Shown here: positions 29,580 to 40,341 of the stretch, piece after piece
Numbering within the stretch: position 1 is the first letter of the stretch
Layout: every line of letters starts with the position of its first letter
NCBI GenBank assembly: GCA_964568425.1
Contig: CAZMPO010000004.1
Span: 29,426-93,425 of the forward strand
DNA: 64,000 nt
Source: an uncultured Lachnospiraceae bacterium
Lineage (GTDB): Bacteria > Bacillota > Clostridia > Oscillospirales > CAG-272
Reading direction: 5' to 3'
Notes under the pieces: model-generated
Told to the model about the DNA's origin: nothing
What the model saw: the letters and a program-made list of their open reading frames with translations, nothing else
The model's database searches: none
Translations under genes and position numbers: made by a program

Positions 29580-31601
29580 TTAGTCTGCCTCAAGTCGTCC
29601 GCGCTCCTCGTCAAGGAAGGTGTCGATAGATCTCTTGAGTGCCTTTATTAAGTCGTGCGCGCTCGAACTCTCGTTCCAGCTCGCTCCCGCCGCGTTAAAA
29701 TGTCCGCCGCCGCCGAGCCTGCGGAGTATCGCCTCGACATTTATGTCGCCCGATGAGCGTGCGGATATCCTAAACGCTCCGTCAAGACGGAGAATAACGA
29801 ATGTTGCCTCGATGCCCTCGACGTTTAAGAGCCTGTCAGATATCTTCGCGCCTATCGTAATGTCGCCCTCGTCGTTGCCCTCAAGATCGTTGAGTGCTAT
29901 CATGACGGTCTTGCGATAAGGCTCTTGGCTTATCTCAAATCGCGCCTCTCGCGCCATTTCGTCAAGCCCTGTTCTGAACAGATCGTAGGTCTCCGCCGGG
30001 TCACCGATCGAGCGCAGATATCTCGCCGACTCAAATGTGCGTACACCCGTGTTGATGACAAAATGCTTCGTGTCAAGCACGATGCCCGCATACATGAGAT
30101 TTGCCTCTTGCGGACGAAGAAGACTGTCGCTCACCTGCTCAAGTATCTCGGATACAAGCTCGCACGCCGACGATGCCGACGGCTCAATGTATGAGAGCAG
30201 CGGAGTGGTGGTAAATTCCTCGGTCTGACGATGATGGTCGATGTATACGACATTTCCTACTCTGTCGGCAAGACCGGGCAGCTCAAACTGCGAGCTGTTG
30301 TTGACATCGCAGACTATCAGCGTTGTATCATTGCGGATGAGATCGAGCGATTCGGTGGATGTTACGAACATGTTGTCATATTCGTCAAGCCCCTTGAGCA
30401 GAGGAAAGCATTTTTCAATGTTCGGACTGCTCTTGTCGATGATTATGTTGCATTCGACGCCGAGATAGGTGCAAAGTCGCGCCATACCCACACATGAGCC
30501 GAAACAGTCGAAATCGGGATTTCGGTGTCCCATTATCAAAACATTCGACGAGCGGCAGATCTGCGTCGAGAGTGCGCGAGAGATCGTGTGCGATTTGACC
30601 GCCGATCGCTTTTGCGATGTTTTGGTCATGCCGCCGAAATGATAACTGAACTTTTCGGTCTTGACCATCGCTTGGTCGCCGCCTTTGGCAAGCGCAAATT
30701 TCAGTGCCGAGTACGCATTGTCTCGCTTTTCGCTGAAGCTCTCTCCGATGTTTGACGTTCCGATCGATATCGTGATCGGAAGATATCCCGAACCGACGCG
30801 TATCTCTCTTATTTTGTCGAGAATGTCGAATTTGCTGTCGATAAAGGCTGTCAGGTGCTTTGCCTTGTAAAAGAGAACATATTTGTCGCGCTCGTAGCTT
30901 ATGAGGACTCCGTTGACACTTGCCGCCCATTCGAATAAGATCTGCTCTGCGGCGGCTGTCGCGGAGGCGTAGTTGTCACGCTCTATCTGCGCCAGCTCCT
31001 CGAGGTTGTCGATGTAAATATAAGCGATCAGCGCGTCGTTGTCCGACAGCTCCTGGCGTACTCGCTCCAGATCGGACACATCATGCCAGACAGTGATGTA
31101 AAGCATGTCCTTGTCACTTCCGAGTACGCTGCCCTCAATCCTGTAATTTTTCCCCGCAACGGTGAGCATACATTCCTTGCCGCCGTCTATCGTCGATTTC
31201 ACTTGGTCAATGCCGATCCCTGCGATCTCCGAAAATCTGCGTATGTTGCGTCCCGCTGAATCGGATATCTCTCTGAACGACCTGTTGCCCCACCTGATCA
31301 TGCCGTACATGTCACATGCGCATATCGGCGAGCTGACCGAATTGTAGAGCGTGGTGTTTATGTCGGGGGTAAATCCCGTATGGGCATCGGGCATGCCGTG
31401 TCTGCCTCTTGATCTGCGTATCAAGAATAGGGCTGTTATTATCCCGATGTAAACAAGCGAGATCGAGATGAAGATGAAAAGAGATGCCCCCCTGCTTGCC
31501 GTAAAATATTGAAGTAACAGCATGGCAACGATCGCCGGCGCGATCACGGCGGCAAGCCGCACGGGCAAAGCCTTGCAGAGGTTCCTTAATCTGTTTTTCA
31601 T
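29580..31601 (-). CDS. gdpP: Cyclic-di-AMP phosphodiesterase GdpP (DHH/DHHA1)
   Basis: Two TM helices, PAS-like and degenerate GGDEF regions, [12 protein letters not shown] and GGGGH; upstream of rplI. Confidence 0.92.
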   Translation of the reverse strand: MKNRLRNLCKALPVRLAAVIAPAIVAMLLLQYFTASRGASLFIFISISLVYIGIITALFLIRRSRGRHGMPDAHTGFTPDINTTLYNSVSSPICACDMYGMIRWGNRSFREISDSAGRNIRRFSEIAGIGIDQVKSTIDGGKECMLTVAGKNYRIEGSVLGSDKDMLYITVWHDVSDLERVRQELSDNDALIAYIYIDNLEELAQIERDNYASATAAAEQILFEWAASVNGVLISYERDKYVLFYKAKHLTAFIDSKFDILDKIREIRVGSGYLPITISIGTSNIGESFSEKRDNAYSALKFALAKGGDQAMVKTEKFSYHFGGMTKTSQKRSAVKSHTISRALSTQICRSSNVLIMGHRNPDFDCFGSCVGMARLCTYLGVECNIIIDKSSPNIEKCFPLLKGLDEYDNMFVTSTESLDLIRNDTTLIVCDVNNSSQFELPGLADRVGNVVYIDHHRQTEEFTTTPLLSYIEPSASSACELVSEILEQVSDSLLRPQEANLMYAGIVLDTKHFVINTGVRTFESARYLRSIGDPAETYDLFRTGLDEMAREARFEISQEPYRKTVMIALNDLEGNDEGDITIGAKISDRLLNVEGIEATFVILRLDGAFRISARSSGDINVEAILRRLGGGGHFNAAGASWNESSSAHDLIKALKRSIDTFLDEERGRLEAD

Positions 31602-31653
31602 GCCTTTTTCTCCTTGTGAGTTGTGTGTGATTTATAAATGTTTTCGATCGGCT

Positions 31654-32727
31654 TTAGTCCTCGCGGTCGGACCTCTGTTTTACTTTATTGTTTATGTATT
31701 CTACGATCTTTACGATCGCGCCGAGTATCGCGAGTATCGTCAGGGCAAAATACCCGGCAACGAAAGCGATCAAAATGAGAATGATAAGAAGCAGTACGGA
31801 ATACGGCTTGCGCGACCTTATCGACGCCATGAGCCATCTGAAGCCGAAGGCAAGACAGGGAAGGATCGTTATAAGCACAAGATTCATTGAGAGGAGAGTG
31901 AAGGTGGTGAGGTCTTTGTCTTCAAGAAGCGATCCGAGCAGATCGCATATGGTTACCATTTGAGCGAAGAGCAAAAACAAGAACGCATAGATCGGTGACG
32001 GAGAGAGCAACCATCCGCGAAGTCGCCTGTTTCCGTAATAGTATCCGAGCATTATCCGCCTGAATATGCCGCATGAAACATGAATGATGATATGCGATGA
32101 AAGATAAACGATGCCGGGCAAGAGCAGCTTGGTATAAAGCCATGTGCTCTTTATGAGCTCGTCAAGTGTTTCGATATCATAAGAGGCGATCCCGCCTTCT
32201 TTAAATGCATCATCGATCATGGTGATAAGATATTTCTCAATGTCGGCGTCCAGCTGCCTGATCATTGAAGAAAGCTCGGCTATACCCTCTGTCTTGTAGT
32301 AATAGACAGCTGATAGTGAGACGATCAATATAATAACGATCGAAAGGGCGATCGATGCCATGGATTCCGTGAATAGCCGACTTTTCAGCGAGTATACGCA
32401 AAGTGCCGTTATGAGCGCGATGACGGCGTATGCTCCGCTCGTCAGACATATAGGCGAGAGCTGTCCGCTCGCAAGGAGGGATATCGCCGCTGCTCCGAGA
32501 CAGGATAGGGCATATGACAGTCCCGCGACGGCAAGCATCCGCGCACGCCCTCCCTTTGCCGACAGACAGAGAAAGGGGATCGTTGCGACCGTGACGGCAA
32601 CAGCAGTCAAGATCACGCCGCCCGATGTCGGGCTGAGCGCACCGAGGATGATCGCGAGTATGAGCAGTATCCTTGACAGCTTTTTTGACGGTAATTTTTG
32701 CAGATCGTTTTGATTTTGAATATCCAT
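31654..32727 (-). CDS. DUF2232/YybS-like membrane protein
   Basis: Multi-pass hydrophobic protein in the conserved position upstream of gdpP-rplI. Confidence 0.65.
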   Translation of the reverse strand: MDIQNQNDLQKLPSKKLSRILLILAIILGALSPTSGGVILTAVAVTVATIPFLCLSAKGGRARMLAVAGLSYALSCLGAAAISLLASGQLSPICLTSGAYAVIALITALCVYSLKSRLFTESMASIALSIVIILIVSLSAVYYYKTEGIAELSSMIRQLDADIEKYLITMIDDAFKEGGIASYDIETLDELIKSTWLYTKLLLPGIVYLSSHIIIHVSCGIFRRIMLGYYYGNRRLRGWLLSPSPIYAFLFLLFAQMVTICDLLGSLLEDKDLTTFTLLSMNLVLITILPCLAFGFRWLMASIRSRKPYSVLLLIILILIAFVAGYFALTILAILGAIVKIVEYINNKVKQRSDRED

Positions 32728-32866
32728 AACTGTCCTTTCGATGACGTTTGCGGGTGCTCATGTGACCGTTTTTCCAAACATTTCCATTTTCGAGCGAATT
32801 ATTCGTCCGTTTCGTTCTATTATATCATAATTTCTCTCAAAAGTAAAGCAATTTCGAAAAAATCTC

Positions 32867-32895
32867 TTGACGAAATCCAAAAAAAAGTATATAAT
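32867..32895 (+). promoter_or_regulatory. Sigma-A promoter
   Basis: TTGACG-17-TATAAT. Confidence 0.8.
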
Positions 32896-32971
32896 AGCAG
32901 CAGGGTCGGATCTTGCGACGATATTTGCGTTTGTTTGCAGTTGATCGGCAATTTAATGGAAGGTATTTAAC

Positions 32972-33523
32972 ATGTCTGATTTTGTGTATGTCGAGCCGCA
33001 CGAGCTTTGCGGTAATGTTTTTGATGAGATAGGAAACCGTTGGCTCATAATAGGCTGTCGGGATGACGAAAAGGATAATCTTAACCTCATGACCGCGAGT
33101 TGGGGAACTATGGGCGTGCTTTGGGGCAAGCCGATATGTACGCTTTTCGTTCGCCCGGGCAGGTATACAAGAGAGCTTGCCGATAAGACCGATACGCTCA
33201 CTGTTTCGGTGTTTGACGAGAAATACAGAGATCAGCTCAGACTCTGCGGCACAAAAAGCGGCAGAGATGTCGATAAGGCAAAGCTCTGCGGATTTACGAC
33301 CTTTGAAAAGGACGGCTTTGTCGGCGTCAACGAGGCAGACCGCGTGTACCTTTTGAAAAAGCTGTACACCGATATGCTCCGTCCCGAAAATCTGCTTGAT
33401 CAGAGCATCGAAAAATGGTACCCGATAAAGGATTATCATAAGGTGTATATCTGCGAGATCGTCGGCGTTCTCGATAAAAAAGCCGACAATAAAAATAGCG
33501 AGGAAGCAGCTCCAAATGTCTGA
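32972..33523 (+). CDS. Flavin reductase-like (flavoredoxin) protein
   Basis: NLMTASWG, VRPGRYT, CGTKSGRDVDK and YHKVYICEI. Confidence 0.9.
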   Translation: MSDFVYVEPHELCGNVFDEIGNRWLIIGCRDDEKDNLNLMTASWGTMGVLWGKPICTLFVRPGRYTRELADKTDTLTVSVFDEKYRDQLRLCGTKSGRDVDKAKLCGFTTFEKDGFVGVNEADRVYLLKKLYTDMLRPENLLDQSIEKWYPIKDYHKVYICEIVGVLDKKADNKNSEEAAPNV

Positions 33524-34046
33524 AATATCGGAAAATAAAAAATATCTCGAGGTCGGTGTCGTGCAGAACGTGCATGGCGTGTCCGGCGATCTGACTGTTG
33601 CCTGCCTTTGCGATTCGACCGATGTCTTTCGCTCGCTTAAAAGGATATATGTTGTCCGGGACGGGAAGTATACACCCTGTAACCTGTCAAGAAACAACCG
33701 TCATCGCGAGGGCGTGATGCTCGTTCATATAGACGGATTTGATTCGAGAGAATCCGCGGCATGCCTTAAGGGTGCATCGCTTTATGCAGACAGAAACGAT
33801 CTTCCGTCGCTGAAAGAGGGCAGCTATTACATAGCCGATCTGCTCGGTCTTGATGTCATTGACGCCAAAAGCGGTAGGATCTACGGAAAGATAACCGATG
33901 TGTCAAGCTATGGCGCATCCGATGTGTACGAGATCACCGACGACCACGGAAATGTCCGACTTTTCCCCGCGGTTCCCGAGTTTATCGAAAAGACCGATCT
34001 CGAACACGGACTATATATTAATCCGATCGAGGGAATGTTCTCATGA
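33516..34046 (+). CDS. rimM: 16S rRNA processing factor RimM
   Basis: VGVVQNVHGVSGD, YYIADLLGL, GASDVY and PIEGM. Confidence 0.93.
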   Translation: MSEISENKKYLEVGVVQNVHGVSGDLTVACLCDSTDVFRSLKRIYVVRDGKYTPCNLSRNNRHREGVMLVHIDGFDSRESAACLKGASLYADRNDLPSLKEGSYYIADLLGLDVIDAKSGRIYGKITDVSSYGASDVYEITDDHGNVRLFPAVPEFIEKTDLEHGLYINPIEGMFS

Positions 34047-34717
34047 ATTTCGATGTACTCACACTCTTTCCCGACCTCATCGATGTCATCACAGAATCGA
34101 GCATAATCGGCAGAGCAAAAGAGGCGGGACTTATAACCGTCAGAGCGCACAATATCCGCGATTGGTCAAAGGACAAGCACAGAAGAGTTGACGATACTCC
34201 CTACGGCGGAGGGAAGGGCATGCTGATGGCGGCACCGCCCGTCTGTGACTGCTTTGACAGCGTCCGAAAGATGCAACAGGGCAGCTCGCACTGCGTCTAT
34301 ATGTCCCCGCAAGGAAAGATACTCACTCAAAAAAAAGCCGCAGAACTGCTTTCATACGATAATCTCACCATCCTTTGCGGTCACTATGAGGGTATCGATC
34401 GACGTATCGTTGACGAGATAGTCGACGAGGAGATATCGATCGGCGATTACATCCTGACCGGCGGCGAGCTTCCGGCATGTATACTCATCGATGTCATGGC
34501 ACGGATGATCGACGGCGTGCTTGCCGATCCCGAGTGCTTTGAAAACGAAAGCATCGCTTGCGGCGCGCTCGAATATCCGCAGTATACACGCCCTCCCGTC
34601 TTTCGCGGCAGAGAAGTGCCCGAGGTACTTCGGTGCGGAGATCGTGCGCAGATCGAAAAATGGAGGACCGTCGAGTCTCTCCGTCTGACAGAGAAAAATC
34701 GCCCGGATCTTCTGTAA
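34043..34717 (+). CDS. trmD: tRNA (guanine-N1)-methyltransferase
   Basis: TLFP, VDDTPYGGG, CGHYEGID, SIGDYILTGGE and LEYPQYTRP. Confidence 0.97.
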   Translation: MNFDVLTLFPDLIDVITESSIIGRAKEAGLITVRAHNIRDWSKDKHRRVDDTPYGGGKGMLMAAPPVCDCFDSVRKMQQGSSHCVYMSPQGKILTQKKAAELLSYDNLTILCGHYEGIDRRIVDEIVDEEISIGDYILTGGELPACILIDVMARMIDGVLADPECFENESIACGALEYPQYTRPPVFRGREVPEVLRCGDRAQIEKWRTVESLRLTEKNRPDLL

Positions 34718-34809
34718 AATCGGGCAGGGCCGAACAAATTGAATAAATATTGAATAAATAAAATAAATAATAAAAAACAAAAAACACAAAAGAAACGGAG
34801 GTGACGCAG

Positions 34810-36804
34810 ATGGGCGAGTCCGAAAGAACAAAGACCAAAGAAAAAAGACGCGGCTCATTTTTTGGCAAAATATGCGGCTTTTTTGATAAAAGTTATGCGT
34901 CGCTCCTCGAAAAGAGCCTTTTCGGCAGATATTTCACATCATATGAAAAATTCGATCGCCGCGTAAAAAATTCAAAAACAGTAAGCCTTGCAGTCGACAG
35001 ACGCAGACGGCATTATAAGAAAAAGTACCATCCCAAAAGAGAGATAGGGACCGAGCATATCGACGATAATCTGAGGATATATAACAGACAGACCGTGCGC
35101 AGTCCGATAAGCAGCAGACTTCGCGGTGCCGTGCGTTCAAATAAGATCATCTCATCGGTTATTGACAGATTTGCCGCAATTCCCGAGGCACCCGCATCGT
35201 CACTCGGCTTTTTCCTGCTCGCGCTCTCGCTTACATCGATAGTTGTCTGCATGGCGGGATTTTTCACCTCAAGCGATGTCGATCTCTCGTCGGTCTTCTT
35301 CTCTTTGATAATGCTTTTCCCGTTCGTCATCCTGTCGGTGTTCCTGCTTCCGAAAAGCAACATCACGCTTATGGATTATGTTTTTGAGAGCCGACTCGGC
35401 AGAGCGATAATTGTTCCGATGCTCGGAAAAGAAGATCTTCTCGGAAAAAAGCGAAAAAATACCGACGCCCCCGAAACATACGGCGGTTATACGGGAGCTC
35501 TCCCGTTCTGCTTTGGTCTGATACTCGGGCTCTCCACCTGTATTGTTCCGATATCGACGGTCATCTCGTTTGTTTTCGTAACGCTTATTTTGCTTGCCGT
35601 TCTGTCCGTTCCCGAGGCGGGACTTCTTGTATTTGCGTTTTTCGCACCCTTTGTGTTTTTCTTTGAAAATGCCGACCTTGTCGCTGCTGTTTTTGTGATC
35701 ACATTGACACTTGCCTTTGCGGCAAAGGCGGCACTCGGAAACAGACTTGCATCATTTGACGCTCTCGACGGCACTCTCGCTATATTCTTTGGATTTTTGT
35801 TTGTCGCCGAGCTGATCGGCGGCGATGTGCCCCATGCTTTGTCTGCGGCGTCCTGTTTTTGTATCTGCTATCTTTGCAAAAATCTGCTTGTCAGGGGCAG
35901 ATGGCTTGATAAATTTCTCTCCTGCATCTGCGCCTCGTCGACCCTTGTCGGGATGCTTGCGATCGCACGCGCGATCATCCTTCGAAAACCTATCGGCACG
36001 GGCAATATCATGCGCACCCCCGAGATGCTTGCCGTTTGGATGATTGCCTCCGTGTTCTTGACGTCGGCTCTGCTCCGTCGGCGAAAGCTTTCGATCTCGA
36101 CCGGACTTATCTCGCTTGTCGTCCAATGTGCGGCACTCGTTCTTACCGGCTCGAAAAGTGCGGTGATTGCTCTTGCCGTCGGTATTCTTGCGGTGGCGGC
36201 CCTCACTGTCGGCAAGGTCTTTCGCATAATATTCATAGCCGTTGCGGCATCGCCGATCGCTCTGTTTTTGCTTCCCGAAAGTGTTCTCCAAAAGATCCTG
36301 TCGGTGCTTGTCTTGACCGATGCCTCGCTTGTCTCAAGATTTGAGGTTTGGAAGGGCTCACTTGAGCTTGTAAAATTCGAACCCCTTTGCGGTATCGGCT
36401 TTTCCGATCGGACCTTTTCCGACCTTTACGCCGTCGTCGCCGACGGGTGTGCCGCATCAAATGCACAAAGCCTTTACCTTGGTATGCTCGTCACTTCCGG
36501 AATCGTCGGAACGATCCTGTTCGCGGCGGCGGTCCTGCTTTGTTTTCGAGCGGCGATCTCGACCTGCGCACGGATGCCGAGGGCAAAACGCGGCAGAGAG
36601 GTGCTGTGTGCATGTATATCGGCGATGTTTTCAATTCTCGTTTGCGGAATGACAGTTTGGATATTCGATTATACCGTCTGTGCGCAAATCTTTTGTGTTC
36701 TCATTGGCATAGCACTTGCCGTCAAGCGACATTTTGAGGAAGAGACGGCGGCACTGCACATGGATATCGGACCGTCGTCGGGCGATGTAATGATTGATAT
36801 TTAA
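34810..36804 (+). CDS. O-antigen ligase (Wzy_C/WaaL-like) family membrane protein, divergent
   Basis: Many TM helices; LVLTGSKSA, SRFEVW...PLCGIG and NAQSLYL...GIVG. GGAGGTG RBS precedes the ATG at 34810. Confidence 0.75.
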   Translation: MGESERTKTKEKRRGSFFGKICGFFDKSYASLLEKSLFGRYFTSYEKFDRRVKNSKTVSLAVDRRRRHYKKKYHPKREIGTEHIDDNLRIYNRQTVRSPISSRLRGAVRSNKIISSVIDRFAAIPEAPASSLGFFLLALSLTSIVVCMAGFFTSSDVDLSSVFFSLIMLFPFVILSVFLLPKSNITLMDYVFESRLGRAIIVPMLGKEDLLGKKRKNTDAPETYGGYTGALPFCFGLILGLSTCIVPISTVISFVFVTLILLAVLSVPEAGLLVFAFFAPFVFFFENADLVAAVFVITLTLAFAAKAALGNRLASFDALDGTLAIFFGFLFVAELIGGDVPHALSAASCFCICYLCKNLLVRGRWLDKFLSCICASSTLVGMLAIARAIILRKPIGTGNIMRTPEMLAVWMIASVFLTSALLRRRKLSISTGLISLVVQCAALVLTGSKSAVIALAVGILAVAALTVGKVFRIIFIAVAASPIALFLLPESVLQKILSVLVLTDASLVSRFEVWKGSLELVKFEPLCGIGFSDRTFSDLYAVVADGCAASNAQSLYLGMLVTSGIVGTILFAAAVLLCFRAAISTCARMPRAKRGREVLCACISAMFSILVCGMTVWIFDYTVCAQIFCVLIGIALAVKRHFEEETAALHMDIGPSSGDVMIDI

Positions 36805-36830
36805 GCCTATGGAAAGGATGGTAATAACAG

Positions 36831-37409
36831 ATGAAAACCAAAAATAAAAAGAGTTTCGGCATTGCCGATACCGCCGTTCTGATCGGATCTGTCATTCTTG
36901 TGATCGCGCTTATATATACGGCACTTCTGCTGATATTCGGCGGTACGGACGTCTTTTCGCTGATCGGTAAGGATGACGGCGAGACGGTCGACCTTTCGTT
37001 TTCACTTCGTGTCAGCGGCATAGATACCACCGTTTATTCGGTCGATCCTCAGGGAGATGACGCCGTCTGCGATTTTCTCTCGGTCGGCGATACCTTCTAT
37101 ATAGACGGAAAGGCTGTCGGAAAGATCGCACATATAGGTCATGCCGATCATATGGTCGAAACGGGACTTGCCGATCCGAACGGATCGCTCGTGTATGCCG
37201 CTTATCCCGATTATCTCGACCTTGTAGTTACCATAGAGGCTCAAGGCAAAGAGACCGATTCGGGCTATGTCGTCGCCGATCGCGAAATAAAGATCGGTAC
37301 ACCGCTCGCACTGTCAACGAAAAAAGCCGAATTTGACGCAACCGTATCCGATGTACAAAAGATCAATGTCGACGATGCGGACGATCAAGTCGTCGACAAG
37401 GAGGGATGA
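36831..37409 (+). CDS. DUF4330-like membrane-anchored protein
   Basis: FGIAD + TM helix; YLDLVVTIEA.G...EIKIG pattern. Confidence 0.65.
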   Translation: MKTKNKKSFGIADTAVLIGSVILVIALIYTALLLIFGGTDVFSLIGKDDGETVDLSFSLRVSGIDTTVYSVDPQGDDAVCDFLSVGDTFYIDGKAVGKIAHIGHADHMVETGLADPNGSLVYAAYPDYLDLVVTIEAQGKETDSGYVVADREIKIGTPLALSTKKAEFDATVSDVQKINVDDADDQVVDKEG

Positions 37410-37413
37410 TAAC

Positions 37414-37938
37414 ATGGAGCTTAACGAGCAAAACAGCCGCCAGCCAAAGATCGGCACAAAGAAATATCGCAGAAATCTGATCGACCTCATGATCCTTTTG
37501 CTCATAGTCGCCTCTGTTGTGTCCTTCTTTTTCAGAGGACGGCTTGAGGCATTGATGACCGAGGCGATGGCAAGCGACCGCGTGAGCATCGGGTTTGTCA
37601 TAACCGATGCCGATCCTCGGGTGGCAAATACCCTTGAGGTCGGAACCACTCTCTATCTTGACTCGAAGGTGTTCGGAGAGGTGGGGTATATAGATGTTTC
37701 GGATGCCGATACGATCATTTTCAGATCGACCGTCAATTCGGATACGACCAGGATCGACGAGTTCGTGCGCGTCGGCGACAGCACAAAAAAGAAGATCAGC
37801 GGAACACTTTCGGCGGTGGGCGCACGCAAGGACAGTGGGTTTTATCTTGCGGGAAAGGAAAAAATTGCCGTTGGAATGACACTCACGCTCTCGGATAAGG
37901 GGCAAAATTATACTATTTTGGTAACTCGAGTCGATTGA
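37414..37938 (+). CDS. DUF4330-like membrane-anchored protein (paralog)
   Basis: RNLIDLMILLLI + TM helix; GFYLAG..IAVG; AAGGAGG RBS. Confidence 0.65.
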   Translation: MELNEQNSRQPKIGTKKYRRNLIDLMILLLIVASVVSFFFRGRLEALMTEAMASDRVSIGFVITDADPRVANTLEVGTTLYLDSKVFGEVGYIDVSDADTIIFRSTVNSDTTRIDEFVRVGDSTKKKISGTLSAVGARKDSGFYLAGKEKIAVGMTLTLSDKGQNYTILVTRVD

Positions 37939-38089
37939 TTTTGAGCAAACTGTCGAATTTTTCAATTTTTGAAAAAAAAAGCGAAAAACCCTTGATTTTA
38001 CCGAAAAAAGTGCTATAATAAAAGGGATAGTTATGTTTGTTTGGACAAAAGTCCCCGAAGTGTAAAATGTAAAAGGAGTTTTGAAGATA

Positions 38090-38353
38090 ATGATCACTCG
38101 CGAGGTTAAGATAAACAATCAGGTAGGGCTTCACGCAAGACCCGCAACTTTTTTCATTCAGAAGGCTAACAAGTACAAAAGCACGATTTGGATCGAAAAG
38201 GGAGATCGCAGAGTAAACGCCAAGAGTCTGCTCGGAGTTCTCTCTCTCGGCATAGTGAAGGATACCACCGTCACTCTTTCTGCCGACGGATCCGACGAGG
38301 CTGACGCACTTGACGGTCTTTGTGAGCTTATCGCAAACGGCTGTGAGGAATAA
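38090..38353 (+). CDS. ptsH: HPr phosphocarrier protein
   Basis: GLHARPA (His15) and VNAKSLLGVLSL (Ser46). TTGATT/TG-N-TATAAT promoter at 37992-38019. Confidence 0.95.
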   Translation: MITREVKINNQVGLHARPATFFIQKANKYKSTIWIEKGDRRVNAKSLLGVLSLGIVKDTTVTLSADGSDEADALDGLCELIANGCEE

Positions 38354-38355
38354 TC

Positions 38356-38417
38356 TGATATCGGGTGACCGATATCAAATCGGCAGACTGCACATGTGTT
38401 ATGCGGTCTGCTTTTTT
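38356..38417 (+). terminator. Double hairpin / terminator after ptsH
   Basis: TGATATCGG-GTGA-CCGATATCA, then GCAGACTGCA...TGCGGTCTGC-TTTTTT. Confidence 0.8.
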
Positions 38418-38475
38418 GTTGCAGACTTTATATTTTGATTTTATATTTTAATTACAAGTAACGGTGGGATGATCA

Positions 38476-40326
38476 ATGGCTGTCGAAAAAAAGACGAAAG
38501 ATCAGCTTCGAGAAAAGGCAAACAGACTTCCGATGTCTCCGGGAGTCTATATCATGCACGGCGCGGGCGATAAGATCATATATGTCGGAAAATCCAAGTC
38601 GCTCAAAAATAGGGTGACGCAGTACTTTACCGATTCGGAAAAGAATATCAAGACCGCACATATGGTCGATTCGGTCTATGATTTCGAATATATGCTCACA
38701 GATACCGAGATCGAGGCACTTGTGCTCGAAAACAAGCTTATAAAGCTTCACAATCCGAAATATAACATCCTGCTCAAGGATGCCAAAAGCTATCCCTATA
38801 TAAAGGTGACCGTCGACGAGCCTTACCCCACTGTCAGCTTGACCAGAAAACGTCTTCCCGATAAGGCAAAATATTTCGGTCCCTATTCGGGAAATACCGT
38901 CGCGTGGAATCTGATCACGACAGTTCGAAAGGTGTTTATGCTCCCCGGCTGTAAGCTCTCCTTTCCGCGCGATATCGGAAAGAGCCGCCCTTGCCTTTAT
39001 AAGCATATTGGACAGTGCTGTGCGCCTTGTACCGGCGAACTCTCGCCCGAGGAATATTCTGAACGTTTTCCCGAGATCATATCTTTCCTGCGCGGAAATT
39101 ATTCGGATGTTAAGAACGCACTTAACGAAAAAATGCGCTTTGCGTCCGAAAATCTTCACTTCGAGGCGGCGGCAAGATACAGGGACAGACTTCTCGCAGT
39201 CGAGGCACTGCGGCAAAAGCAAAGAGTCGTCGGAAAGCCCGATTCGGAGTACGATATATTCGCGCTCTATACATCAGAGCTTTGCTCCTGCCTTGCCACC
39301 TATTATGTCCGCGACGGCGCGGTCATAGATTCGGACAATCGCATATTTGCGGCTGATAATATTATCGACGGTCAGACCCTTCTGTCGGTCATTTCGAGAA
39401 TATATGCATCCAGAGAGTACATCCCGAAGACCGTGCTCCTCGGATTTGAGCTCGGCGATCACGGCGAGGAACTGCTGTCCGACCTGCTTACCGAGACGTC
39501 AGGCAGACGCATTGATGTGCGTGTGCCGCAAAAGGGAGAGCTTCGCGCACTTTGCGAGATGGTCGCCGAAAATGCCGCTCTGCACGCAAGACAATATCTT
39601 GCCGAGAGCGAAAAGGATGATGAAACGCTCGTAAAGCTTGCGACTATGCTTTCGCTTGAGGTCGTTCCCGAGACCATAGAGGCGATCGATATATCAAACT
39701 ACGGCGATGACAATATCACCGCGGGCATCATATCGATACTCGATGGAAAGTTTAACAAAAAGGGCTATCGAACATATAAGATCAAGTCGACCGACTCGCA
39801 AAACGATTATCTGTCCATGACTGAGGCACTCGAGCGCAGATTGCAAAGGCGGGACGAAAATCCGCTCCCCGATCTGTTCTTGCTTGACGGCGGTAAGGGT
39901 CATGTTTCGACTATCCGCGCGCTTTTTGATAAATACGGGATAGATACACCGATCTTCGGAATGGTCAAAGACGATTTTCACAAGACCAGAGCATTGACCG
40001 ACGGCGAAAATGAGATAAGCATAGCGCGCGAGCAATCGGTGTTTCGCTTTATTTATAAAATACAGGAAGAGGTCCATAGGTTCACGATCGGAACGGTCCG
40101 CCGCGCAAAGGGCGAGTCGGTGAAGCATTCCAAACTTGAAGAGATCCCGGGTATCGGTCAGTCAAAGGCAAGGGCACTTCTTGCTGCGTTCAAGAGCATC
40201 GGTGCCATAGCGGCGGCTGATGTTTCGCTGATCTCCGAGGTCAAAGGCATCTCGAAACGCGACGCCGAAAATGTTCACAATTATTTTACAACCAGAGCCG
40301 AAAATGGCAAAAATCAAACAAATTGA
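38476..40326 (+). CDS. uvrC: Excinuclease ABC subunit C
   Basis: PGVYIM..IYVGKSKSL GIY-YIG domain, FEAAARYRD, PDLFLLDGGKG and a HhH motif. Confidence 0.97.
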   Translation: MAVEKKTKDQLREKANRLPMSPGVYIMHGAGDKIIYVGKSKSLKNRVTQYFTDSEKNIKTAHMVDSVYDFEYMLTDTEIEALVLENKLIKLHNPKYNILLKDAKSYPYIKVTVDEPYPTVSLTRKRLPDKAKYFGPYSGNTVAWNLITTVRKVFMLPGCKLSFPRDIGKSRPCLYKHIGQCCAPCTGELSPEEYSERFPEIISFLRGNYSDVKNALNEKMRFASENLHFEAAARYRDRLLAVEALRQKQRVVGKPDSEYDIFALYTSELCSCLATYYVRDGAVIDSDNRIFAADNIIDGQTLLSVISRIYASREYIPKTVLLGFELGDHGEELLSDLLTETSGRRIDVRVPQKGELRALCEMVAENAALHARQYLAESEKDDETLVKLATMLSLEVVPETIEAIDISNYGDDNITAGIISILDGKFNKKGYRTYKIKSTDSQNDYLSMTEALERRLQRRDENPLPDLFLLDGGKGHVSTIRALFDKYGIDTPIFGMVKDDFHKTRALTDGENEISIAREQSVFRFIYKIQEEVHRFTIGTVRRAKGESVKHSKLEEIPGIGQSKARALLAAFKSIGAIAAADVSLISEVKGISKRDAENVHNYFTTRAENGKNQTN

Positions 40327-40341
40327 ACAGAGGAATTAGAT

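Noticed and set aside
32837-33697. 286-aa minus-strand ORF
   Set aside because: It overlaps the well-supported flavin reductase and rimM genes on the opposite strand and has no motifs.
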